Origin: a virus
Strand: one strand, 5' to 3'
Virus record (IMG/VR): IMGVR_UViG_3300022752_000020
Span: 64,001 to 128,000 of that record
Length of the DNA stretch: 64,000 nt
Shown piece after piece: positions 58,801 through 64,000 of this stretch. The translations under genes were made by a program, and so were the position numbers. The stretch's first letter is position 1; the number at the start of each line of letters is the position of its first letter. The notes beneath the pieces were generated by a model. That model made no database searches, was not told the origin of the DNA, and was given only the letters and a program-made list of their open reading frames with translations.

Positions 58801-61548
58801 GAGCGATATGATATAATAATTGACGGTGGTAATTTACCTAAATTAAATGCTGCCTACAGAACAGCTAATGGTATACGTGCAGAAGATATTATCATTGATG
58901 GGGATAGTTTTATTACTCCAATGACTAGTCCAGCTCCAGAAGAAATGGTACCAGGACACACAGCAGATACATTGGCTATCAAAGTTTTTGAGCGTAATAT
59001 CAGTGTAACTAGTGAAATAAACTGTGTAAGATACATTACAGATGGTATATCTAATGAATTTAAACTGGACGTTTATCCTAATAATGAACAAGCTATTATA
59101 GTAAAACTAGATGATAATGTACTAGATTCTAATCAATATGTATTTGATTATAACACATTAACACTAACTTTAATACAGACACCACCAATTAATAAAGATC
59201 TTAGCATAATTTGTTTTGGATTTAATGGAAATAATTTGCTGGCCATAGATAAAGTAGTTGTTACTGAACGTAGCGATACTGTAATTTTAAATACAGATTG
59301 GCAGGATAATATCAGTGTATATACTGTTGTTGCTGGTGATCCGACTGATTGCATACCATTTCAAACATTTGGTGCCTATCAGTCTAATATACCCTACAAA
59401 TTAAATGATAAAGTTGTCTATCAAAATCAATTATTCCAATCTAACATTAATAATAATTTTAATAATGTTCCATTAATTTATAGTGAAAATGATAGAGCAT
59501 TTATTGTAAACAATACTTTTTGGACTAAAATAAAAGATGGTGTAACTGCTTATGCAAATATAAACAAAATAGCAGTATTACTTCCAATTACAGTGGATGT
59601 AGGAGATGTAATTGTTTATAGTGTTTTCATTGGAGATACTAAAGATCAAAGTGTACTAACTAAAGAAATTGTAGTTTCTAATGGCACTAGTACTCAATAT
59701 ACCCTAAGTAATTTTGTTGGTTATAGTTTTCCCTTAGCCAGTAACACTCTAGTAAGAATTAATAATACTGTTCTTAACAGTATAGATCAATTTAAATTTA
59801 CTCTAAAAAATAGAGTAACAAAATACATTATACCCCTTAATAAAGGTGATATAGATGTTTACTCTAGTAATGATTATGAAGTTTATATTAATTCTATTAA
59901 AGTACCTGATGCTATTGCATACACTTTGAACTTATTAGATAATACTATTACAATTAAACCTAATTATTATAGAGAAAATGCTGAAGTATTAGTTGCCATA
60001 ACAAAATTTAGTGATTATACTATAAGTAACGCCACAGGTAAATCTGTTTTAACACTAAGACAAACATATCCCGCAGGTACAAGAATTGAAGTTATAGCTA
60101 TGACTAATCACGATATTTTAAAAATCAATCGTAATTATTTGACTATAGAAAAAAATGTTAATGCCCTAACAGATAATATCTATAAAGCTGTTTTAATGGA
60201 AGCCAGCGGAGGTATATTATACTTAGGACAAGAAATAGTTAATAGTAATTATGTTTGGGTAACCAAGAATAAACAACTATTAGTTCCTTTATTAGATTAT
60301 CAACTTAGAGAAGATAAGAGTAGCATAAAATTATCTAAAACACCAAGCGAAAATGATGTTTTTGGTTTAATAACATTTACCAGTAATATAGTTCGTAATC
60401 CAGTTAGTTTTATGCAGTTTAAAGATATGTTAAATGACTTTAGTTATAAACGTCTTAACAAATATAGAACTACTAGATTAAAAAATAATCTTAATCAAAA
60501 TGATAAAGAAATTATAATAGAAGATAGTGATCATATCGCAGACGGATTAAGAGACAGCAATACTTCTGGTGTAATATATGTTAATGGAGAAAGAATTGAA
60601 TACTTTGTAAGAACTGGTAATAAATTAAGTGAAATACGCAGAGGAACTAGAGGAACTGGAGTCCCCCAGATTCATAAAGCTGGTGTAGAAGTTTATGATA
60701 TTGGTATAGCAGAAACTATACCATATAGAGATACTACATCAATTTATAAAATTTTGGGAACATGGATACCTAGTTATAGATATCTAATAAACGATATTGT
60801 TACCTATAATAATGAAAACTGGATATCAATAACTGGAATTAATTATGACTTATGGACTGCTACTAAAACTTATAAGCTCAATCAACAAATAATCTTTAAT
60901 CATAACTTATACATAGCTATTAAAGACATAGATGGAACAGTAACCAATACTAATAAATCTCCAAACACTGAAAATACTTGGTGGCAATTAGAAAAAACAG
61001 GAGTAACACAATATCCTAGTTTGACTAATACAAATTGGGAAAAAACTAAAATAGCATATTTTGATGATTTTAGCTCTGTTAATGACCCATATGGGAAAAT
61101 TGTATTACCTTGGATGCCTATAGTACAAACTGATATAAACAATTCTAGCATAAAAACTGTATTAGATACTGAAATTTTTATTGGAACAGAAAGACTTAAA
61201 AAGGTACCGTATACAATACATGATAGAAATATCAATCCACATAGTCCAGAAGGTGATGTAAACTACCCAAGAGATTTTGTAACTGATGCAACAAATCACA
61301 GCACAGTTAATGGCGAAGTTGTAGTATACATTAAATTAGAAAATGATGTAGCAGTAAATAGTAGAATAACTATAGTAAGAAAACAAGGCAGAGTTTGGAG
61401 CGATTTAGGATTTAGTTTGTCAGAATCAGCTAATAAAGTAGCTGAATTTTTGAAAGTAGATGTGGCTAAATTTCCAGGGACTAACCCAACTTTTGACAGT
61501 AGAGGTTATACTATAGACTCTGGAAATATTAGAACGGATGAGGAATAA
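46801..61548 (+). CDS. Giant baseplate wedge protein (gp7-like, 4,915 aa) with accessory adhesion modules
   Basis: Follows gp6; N-terminal FLPQFYRTD..KKFL; YIREVKPFRTKIRE; G.GY..P repeats; FG-GAP-like blades; W/Y-rich carbohydrate-binding-like motifs. Confidence 0.75.
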   Translation: MSDENTLGIPLDKNEKRKSERFLPQFYRTDSNKKFLSATVDPLIQRGTAKKLSGFIGRKNSKASKANDIFINEVNDERNNYQLEPCLTNEDILGNTTFFKDYIDYINTIDVFGGVTNNHQRLNVQEFYSWNPHICWDKFVNYLQYYWLPYGPETVRVNGTKTLDIVSTFKVEIVDEGDNFAYLMTPDALTRNPALRLYRGETYKFEINAEAHPLSIRTARVSSTSPEFRGSVSFNYNQHGSNNFVVDILTDFDVVHLEKQQKFVSSSTGLMRANVKAQDGTVRIINSSQTDHLTNVVSITPTAQNLLKIDDEVIFDSNISGSTGVLGSLEPNQTYYIKSFVYDNPPPPPEGIAPTPRKIIGFTLNYVPAVNLFAEVYVNGNKLKQSEFNFYTNDKRKRVLNIQSNIGQDDIVILDFFKLKENDQFRYFDGIKTFEYLNDKLVETKNFSVSKGILEFTVSADAPDVLYYVSNIDPNTSGLIKIFDITENTSIDVDAEIVGKINYTSRGIDLSNGMKIKFGGLVYPESYRDRDFFVEGVGEGIKLIDVKTLEVVTDIAYNVDVNFDTSGYDELAFNNINYAALDKDYIVINRSSRDRNPWTRYNRWFHKDVIEKTAKILGKVAVFDQSQRAIRPIIEFNPNLRLHNFGNTSKKNIDLVDNFTKDAFSTIEGSLGYIVDGIELFNGHRIIFTADSDIRVKNKIYKVEFINVFNEDTGITKRLIHLAEESDAIPHELETVLVLAGKEYGSNMVWFDGSNWLKGQAKTSLNQAPLFALFDKEGRALNDSNKYDGSTFIGTKLFSYRIGNGSIDKELGFSLTYKNINNIGDIVFDFNLSVDTFKYKQENKVVEESISNKFLQYYTASNELSLVNGWTRNNIENVQPIIRIFKQEYIEKNGLKQIQINNFPLDVFEDSIDLEDLRIKVYVNNKKLSETEYELYQGIDIKYIRLENDIENDDIVTLKIYTKKPKSTSKGYYEFPINFQNNPLNEDVTTFTLGEVIDHVDSIVDNVDSFYGIYPGPSNLRDIGYLSSKGTKFVQHSGSINLSLYHLANTDANIVRALEKSMFDYNNFKKSFMYNTEYLEEGLSDKDAVDKLLQSINQNKTMNMAYYFSDMLAYLGEKNTQFKIKEFVQTKFPLTENFTLTTMTPKAVYIYVNKQQLIYEKDYNFTGDGFVEIFIELKEDDIVDMYEYASTDGCFIPPTPTSLGLYPKYEPKIYLDTTLITPQYVIQGHDGSIILAFNDFRDNLILELEKRIFNNIKINYDPKILDIYDYIQGPNRPTSYSKDEFNQVLAPNFFKWTTYVDKDYTKSQLYIQSNPFTYNYSEIQSFDFTPLPGYWRGIYKWYFDTDRIHLCPWESLGFSIEPKWWQAVYGPAPYTSDNLILWNDLKEGLVREPNKPIRVINKFIKPVLENIPTNSNGALVNPIQANLATGLFNARTEKNYVFGDISPVENAWRRSSYYPFAMLKTMILLTPNRVFSVYFDRSRILRDQTGQLVYEPTGKRIKLKDILITNTINEQERVQTSGLVNYIVDYLITRKPQALENYKFDLKNLSNKIGHRLSGFSSEEKFNLILDSRNINSTTSVFVPKENYKIFLNTGSPTKKLFYSGVIITKLLTRYGLGYEIKGYSQNQPFFYYFPWSKSGYNINIGGISESYINYESNQTYVIGNIVKVLDNYYRVKISHNSGPNVDYTLLEKLPSLPIVGGVDAEFRSEFSSIPQVLNYGTILYSVQDVVDFILGYGEYLKSKGFIFDSYIAELKDVGRWELSSKEFMFWITQNWGTGKDYYDEWKPQTNYRSGDLIINNNLFYSVRQDHTTTEIFDVRNYIPVENIDSSGASAISLSPAALGISLGLQYNVVDNIISPLDYEIFKSDGSKYEPNDLNYYRDGNKFTIKPKNEEQGIYGVGFHLVQKEHVLVIDNVTQFNDIIYNTSTGYRQERLKIYGYKTIDWNGSFDSPGFVYDSAYLNEWSTWTDYNVGDIVKYKEFFYTATQRIDGTDEFNPSVWQRLSQTPTSKLLPNWDYKSLQFLDFYDLDSDNFDSNQQAIAQHLIGYQKRQYLNNIIKNDVSEFKFYQGMITEKGTLNSLNKLFDVLGPDNKESLEFLEEWAVRVGTYGATNTFDEIEFVLDEIKWKTEPQAFELVNEIDPTKKDYVIRQTENDLYLKPLNYSNNIWPIATDYTKFLKTPGFSKVEFAKLILDDLTDIITLQDTESIDINVGEYAWCGFQTKINQFGDDWNIFRYNKLDVTVSNVTVSTTNLIITFNVWPNFVIGDVVRFVSNYEKFNKFYRINNINQSSKTITVIKDKDFQINELQNNTVQTYAFNNQRYNDIDQVTIPKYVNTDTNLWPYGELLWFTDNGKNSIWKNTNVYKQEVITNFSNFDNQEFGYTVAVNEDSTVLAVMSRTDEVWRSSWQSGTTYQKNNLVYRDNKFWQCISATSTRAIFNPNKYITNVEIIESTPGQKIFTCDSVEYLQVGSLVEIVGVFVGSAQIIDHVDGKTYKVRQIINNANQNDFILENLDGSNLTLAVGVASSVSFLLKGDWTETNQSTRQVLIYVKPYLSTQWAKKQVIYAESNVFNFGSSINIDKNGRFISITGIRKKVSNNQLESAVYLYSIPQKIVTFSSNFRLTTGNRLDYVNNKIVIPGHLLSEGTLVKYSTSDTPLKGLENNQEYYVETLDSESFRLTRDVDLIDLIILQKSVSGTHYITNLNIAQNYSLTTIISNTETTDINFGSKVKFALVPNANPNLSYYKIYISSYEKGVFVYEYTSSIGPGLNIDNNNLTGFAYDFDVNSDGTRIVVSAPTQGKIFFYNNSYIPTSIIRTTSEGFGQSLSLNNDGSYLAASSPLEDGVKTDQGKVRIYKLTGSTYILDQTIEDRNPETNEEFGYYIKFINNQDNIAKTLVIYSRKADSFTLDTYDDVTYPQIGESNTVVDVGRIDIYDRYLTKYIYSESLPASNIPLTTPYSLAIGENTVILGNPNVLKDNKRDGKLYLYTKKANTYSWQKYIQQQPNIKLDWFKKIFVYNKKNNSFISYLDIIDPVQGKIAGVAEQELKFKTYYDPATYSFKNSTFSKTVAVDRGIAWTDKHVGMLWWDLRRAKFLDAGLGDVVYNNSVWNTLFPTASIDIYEWVESKLLPSKWDTLADTVEGFADGISGTSLYGDNVYSTKTSYDTLGKKNITTYYFWVKNKRITPNIKDRKYSASDVVSLIENPKNYNIKYIQFTSRNSWGLVNVKNVLDKKDVALSVQYWNYEPDDLKIHSEFKILSNNEKTVIPASIEEKWFDSLVGFDKKGRMLPNLKLSPKLRYGIENKPNQTMFVNRLEALKIFIENLNYELKDIQIDNVDLQDLYLKDNIPEFKFGYYDYVKDFYEELVYIVVQTFQPGSLLPIISNGRLSSVKILSPGSGYKSAPIVKIKGKGYDAEVKTQINSSGSITNVKIVSSGYGYLDDTELEIRPLSVLIRSDKYTLNDWAIYHYINGNWIKAKTKQYDVTDYWYFIDWYAKGYNQYTKIDYIVKGFNELLSLKANIGDIVQIENTQGTTNWTLAEKISNDLAIDYTKIYKVVGKKNGAIQISNNFYNFKLNEQGYDGLLYDSDLYDRVGTIELKTILDALKNKILIDNRRSIYMNLFFSSLKYILKEQPFVDWFFKTSFVKVLHNVGGLKQKVTFNNDNLSDYENYIREVKPFRTKIREFVSIYDNTENSNSLITDFDVPSYVSPANVIRNLYTEYQNSSVYVNDNVLINQYPYKSWIDNVGFGIKEVVIVDSGQGYIDYPNIKITGACKRPAKIKIYISRAKISKIDILDAGEGYFTPPTIKLEGQFTQDGYEAKVIAILGNNPIRSNHIAMKFDRYAKETIANVQDINVIENFIGDSSTTSFILKYSPEIIRNKINVYVNNVQLFNNQFSITKTSNNDKKYKVYLGNLILTKAPVDNAAIRIEYVKDFNNLNALERIKHYYTPTAGMLGLEFDQLMTGIDYAGVSITGIGFDKVNTWDGEYTWSSKGWDAGDPTDDERYDIIIDGGNLPKLNAAYRTANGIRAEDIIIDGDSFITPMTSPAPEEMVPGHTADTLAIKVFERNISVTSEINCVRYITDGISNEFKLDVYPNNEQAIIVKLDDNVLDSNQYVFDYNTLTLTLIQTPPINKDLSIICFGFNGNNLLAIDKVVVTERSDTVILNTDWQDNISVYTVVAGDPTDCIPFQTFGAYQSNIPYKLNDKVVYQNQLFQSNINNNFNNVPLIYSENDRAFIVNNTFWTKIKDGVTAYANINKIAVLLPITVDVGDVIVYSVFIGDTKDQSVLTKEIVVSNGTSTQYTLSNFVGYSFPLASNTLVRINNTVLNSIDQFKFTLKNRVTKYIIPLNKGDIDVYSSNDYEVYINSIKVPDAIAYTLNLLDNTITIKPNYYRENAEVLVAITKFSDYTISNATGKSVLTLRQTYPAGTRIEVIAMTNHDILKINRNYLTIEKNVNALTDNIYKAVLMEASGGILYLGQEIVNSNYVWVTKNKQLLVPLLDYQLREDKSSIKLSKTPSENDVFGLITFTSNIVRNPVSFMQFKDMLNDFSYKRLNKYRTTRLKNNLNQNDKEIIIEDSDHIADGLRDSNTSGVIYVNGERIEYFVRTGNKLSEIRRGTRGTGVPQIHKAGVEVYDIGIAETIPYRDTTSIYKILGTWIPSYRYLINDIVTYNNENWISITGINYDLWTATKTYKLNQQIIFNHNLYIAIKDIDGTVTNTNKSPNTENTWWQLEKTGVTQYPSLTNTNWEKTKIAYFDDFSSVNDPYGKIVLPWMPIVQTDINNSSIKTVLDTEIFIGTERLKKVPYTIHDRNINPHSPEGDVNYPRDFVTDATNHSTVNGEVVVYIKLENDVAVNSRITIVRKQGRVWSDLGFSLSESANKVAEFLKVDVAKFPGTNPTFDSRGYTIDSGNIRTDEE

Positions 61549-61550
61549 GC

Positions 61551-62819
61551 ATGGCCAAGCAAATAATTAATGTAGGTTCTAGACCAAATGATGGCACTGG
61601 AGACAGTATACGTAGAGCTGCAATCAAGATCAATGAAAACTTTACTGAAACTTATGATAATATTCAAAGTCTTCAAAGTACTATACAAACTATAAGCCTA
61701 CAGCAAGGGTCTCAAGGTATACAAGGTATACAAGGTCGTCAAGGTATACAAGGTCGTCAAGGTATACAAGGTCGTCAAGGTACAACAGGAAGTCAAGGTA
61801 CAACAGGAAGTCAAGGTACAACAGGAAGTCAAGGTATACAAGGTCGTCAAGGTACAACAGGAAGTCAAGGTACAACAGGAAGTCAAGGTACAACAGGAAG
61901 TCAAGGTACAACAGGTAGTCAAGGTACAACAGGTAGTCAAGGTACAACAGGAAGTCAAGGTACAACAGGAAGTCAAGGTACAACAGGAAGTCAAGGTACA
62001 ACAGGTAGTCAAGGTACAACAGGAAGTCAAGGTACAACAGGAAGTCAAGGTACAACAGGAAGTCAAGGTATACAAGGTCGTCAAGGTATTTTAGGTAATC
62101 AAGGTACACAAGGTATTTTAGGTAATCAAGGTATACAAGGTATACAAGGTATTTTAGGTAATCAAGGTATACAAGGTCGTCAAGGTACACAAGGTATTTT
62201 AGGTAATCAAGGTATTTTAGGTAATCAAGGTATACAAGGTATTTTAGGTAATCAAGGTATACAAGGTATACAGGGAATTCAAAGTTTACAAGGAATTCAA
62301 GGAATTCAAGGTGCCAATGGTGTACAAGGTGCCAATGGTGCTACAGCAGCACAAGGTATTCAAGGTGCCAATGGTGTACAAGGTGCCAATGGTGTACAAG
62401 GTGCTCAAGGTACAGCAGGAAGTTCAGGTACCGGATCTGTAGGATCACGTACCACCGCACAAGCAACTACAAGCAGCATAGCCAATAATGCTAGTACTAG
62501 TTTAGATATTACTGGTTTTAAAGGTTATGTATTGTATAAAATACAGACTAGTCATGCTGCTTGGGTAAGATTATACGTATCAGCAGCAGCTAGGACAGCT
62601 GACGTAAGTAGAGCACAAGGTACTGATCCTGCTTATGATGCAGGTGTTGTTACTGAAATTATAACTACCGGGTCCAGCACTGTGATTATGGCTCCTGCTG
62701 TACATGGGTTTAATGATGAAAGCCCAGTTACTACAAACATACCAGTAGCTGTTACTAACCTAAGTGGTAGCTCAGCTACTATCACAGTGACACTAACTTT
62801 ATTGCAGGTCGAATCATGA
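61551..62819 (+). CDS. Collagen-like fibre with gp9/gp10-type baseplate-attachment N-terminus
   Basis: MAKQIINVGSRPNDGTGDSIRRAAIKINENFTE, then about 80 Gly-X-Y triplets, then a beta-rich C-terminal domain. Confidence 0.85.
   Translation: MAKQIINVGSRPNDGTGDSIRRAAIKINENFTETYDNIQSLQSTIQTISLQQGSQGIQGIQGRQGIQGRQGIQGRQGTTGSQGTTGSQGTTGSQGIQGRQGTTGSQGTTGSQGTTGSQGTTGSQGTTGSQGTTGSQGTTGSQGTTGSQGTTGSQGTTGSQGTTGSQGTTGSQGIQGRQGILGNQGTQGILGNQGIQGIQGILGNQGIQGRQGTQGILGNQGILGNQGIQGILGNQGIQGIQGIQSLQGIQGIQGANGVQGANGATAAQGIQGANGVQGANGVQGAQGTAGSSGTGSVGSRTTAQATTSSIANNASTSLDITGFKGYVLYKIQTSHAAWVRLYVSAAARTADVSRAQGTDPAYDAGVVTEIITTGSSTVIMAPAVHGFNDESPVTTNIPVAVTNLSGSSATITVTLTLLQVES
61704..62425 (+). repeat. 9/18-bp tandem repeats encoding proline-free collagen (QGTTGS, QGIQGR, QGILGN, QGANGV)
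   Basis: caaggtacaacaggaagt arrays. Confidence 0.95.
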
Positions 62820-64000
62820 AAGAATATGTGATCACCCTAAAAAACTTTGATGATCTGGATCAGTTCTATGATGACATGGAAACACCTGGCGGTAATCTGT
62901 ATGTCCCAGATCGTAGTGTAGATATTGTCAATCGTAGACCTATTAGTCGTAATACCCATTATATGCTCAGTGATGAGGAAGCAGCTCAGATAAGAAATGA
63001 TCCAAGAGTATTAGCCTGTGAGTTAACCCCAAGTCAGCTAGGTATTAGTATACGTCCATCATGGACACAATATAGTACATATTGGGATAAATCTACATCT
63101 AACAATTCTAATCATAAAAATTGGGGATTATTAAGATGTGTTGAAGGCACTCAACGTAGTAACTGGGGTAATGATAGTATATTAACAACAAAAACTGTAT
63201 CAGGAACTATTCAAGTTAATGCCGAAGGACGTAACGTAGATGTAGTTATTATAGATGGATTTATCAATCCATCGCATCCAGAAATGGCTCTAAACAGTGA
63301 TGGTGGTGGCGGCTCAAGAGTTGTTCAATATAACTGGTTACAACATCGTGCTACACCTGGAACTTATGTATATGGTCCATATACTGGAACTGGGGCCGAA
63401 AGTGATAATAATCATGGGATGCATGTAGCTGGGACCGTAGCAGGCAATACTCAAGGTTGGGCTCGAAGTGCTAATATCTATAATATTAGTCCTTATAGCA
63501 CAGACCCAAATGGTGTTAATTCATTAGAGATTTTTGATTTCATAAGAGCTTGGCATGGTAGTAAATCTATCAATCCTGCTACTGGTAGAAAAAATCCAAC
63601 AATAACTAATAATAGTTATGGGTTTTCTTATAAGCTAACCATTTCAAATATAAGTTCTATTACTAACAGAGGAATAACATACTCGAATGGATTAACCAGC
63701 TCTGCTCTTAATGCATTAGGTGTTATTAATGATGGCACGTATGCTTATACACCAGCTAGATATACTGCTTTTGAACAGGATATAATAGATGCAATGAATG
63801 ATGGTATAATATGTGTTTGTTCTGCTGGTAATGCTAGTTATAAAATAGATAAATCAGATGGATTAGATTATAATAACTATTGCATTCACAGTGGATCTAA
63901 TATACCTTATCATCAAGGCGGTGCTCCTATATCTGCTGGTAATATTATAGTTGTGGGTGCTATAGGAACAAGTGCTAATGATAGTAAGGCATCTTATAGT
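62816..64000 (+). CDS. Subtilisin-like (S8) serine protease, truncated by window end
   Basis: Not in the ORF track. ATGA overlap at 62816-62819; MKEYVITLK propeptide-like start, GRNVDVVIIDG (Asp), HGMHVAGTVAG (His), NNSYG, CSAGN (oxyanion Asn). Confidence 0.88.
   Translation, partial: MKEYVITLKNFDDLDQFYDDMETPGGNLYVPDRSVDIVNRRPISRNTHYMLSDEEAAQIRNDPRVLACELTPSQLGISIRPSWTQYSTYWDKSTSNNSNHKNWGLLRCVEGTQRSNWGNDSILTTKTVSGTIQVNAEGRNVDVVIIDGFINPSHPEMALNSDGGGGSRVVQYNWLQHRATPGTYVYGPYTGTGAESDNNHGMHVAGTVAGNTQGWARSANIYNISPYSTDPNGVNSLEIFDFIRAWHGSKSINPATGRKNPTITNNSYGFSYKLTISNISSITNRGITYSNGLTSSALNALGVINDGTYAYTPARYTAFEQDIIDAMNDGIICVCSAGNASYKIDKSDGLDYNNYCIHSGSNIPYHQGGAPISAGNIIVVGAIGTSANDSKASYS

Noticed and set aside
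61690-62190. Minus-strand LYLD and TSCC repeat ORFs, or a CRISPR-like array
   Set aside because: Antisense readings of the collagen repeat; no spacers.
1-64000. Stop-codon reassignment
   Set aside because: Core genes are full length in the standard code, with TAA and TGA acting as stops.

Overview
A 64-kb segment of a large, AT-rich T4-like myophage genome in the standard genetic code, almost entirely late virion genes. Left arm (minus strand): tape-measure-like gene, portal (gp20), acidic core protein, gp21, gp22, gp23, small structural genes and three fibre genes. The last fibre gene is a >3,100-aa ORF (9337 to <1) missing from the ORF track because it runs off the window. Centre: a gp26-like gene with a probable -1 frameshift into a gp51-like frame, a GIY-YIG gene followed by a ~370-nt structured non-coding region, and gp46/gp47/gp55. 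Right arm (plus strand): baseplate operon (gp48/54-like, gp53, hub, gp5, gp25, gp6, a 4,915-aa gp7-like protein), a collagen-like fibre and a truncated S8 protease. Most striking: the giant fibre carries 15 tandem ~150-170-aa helical units that, aligned by eye, follow the phycobiliprotein (globin-fold) pattern and all keep the C-x-(R)-D motif of the canonical bilin-attachment site. Other highlights are the nuclease-linked structured RNA candidate, a riboswitch-like late leader, the tail-chaperone-type frameshift, and glyco/methyl-transferase-like genes embedded among capsid genes. All family assignments come from motif recognition by eye; no database searches were run.
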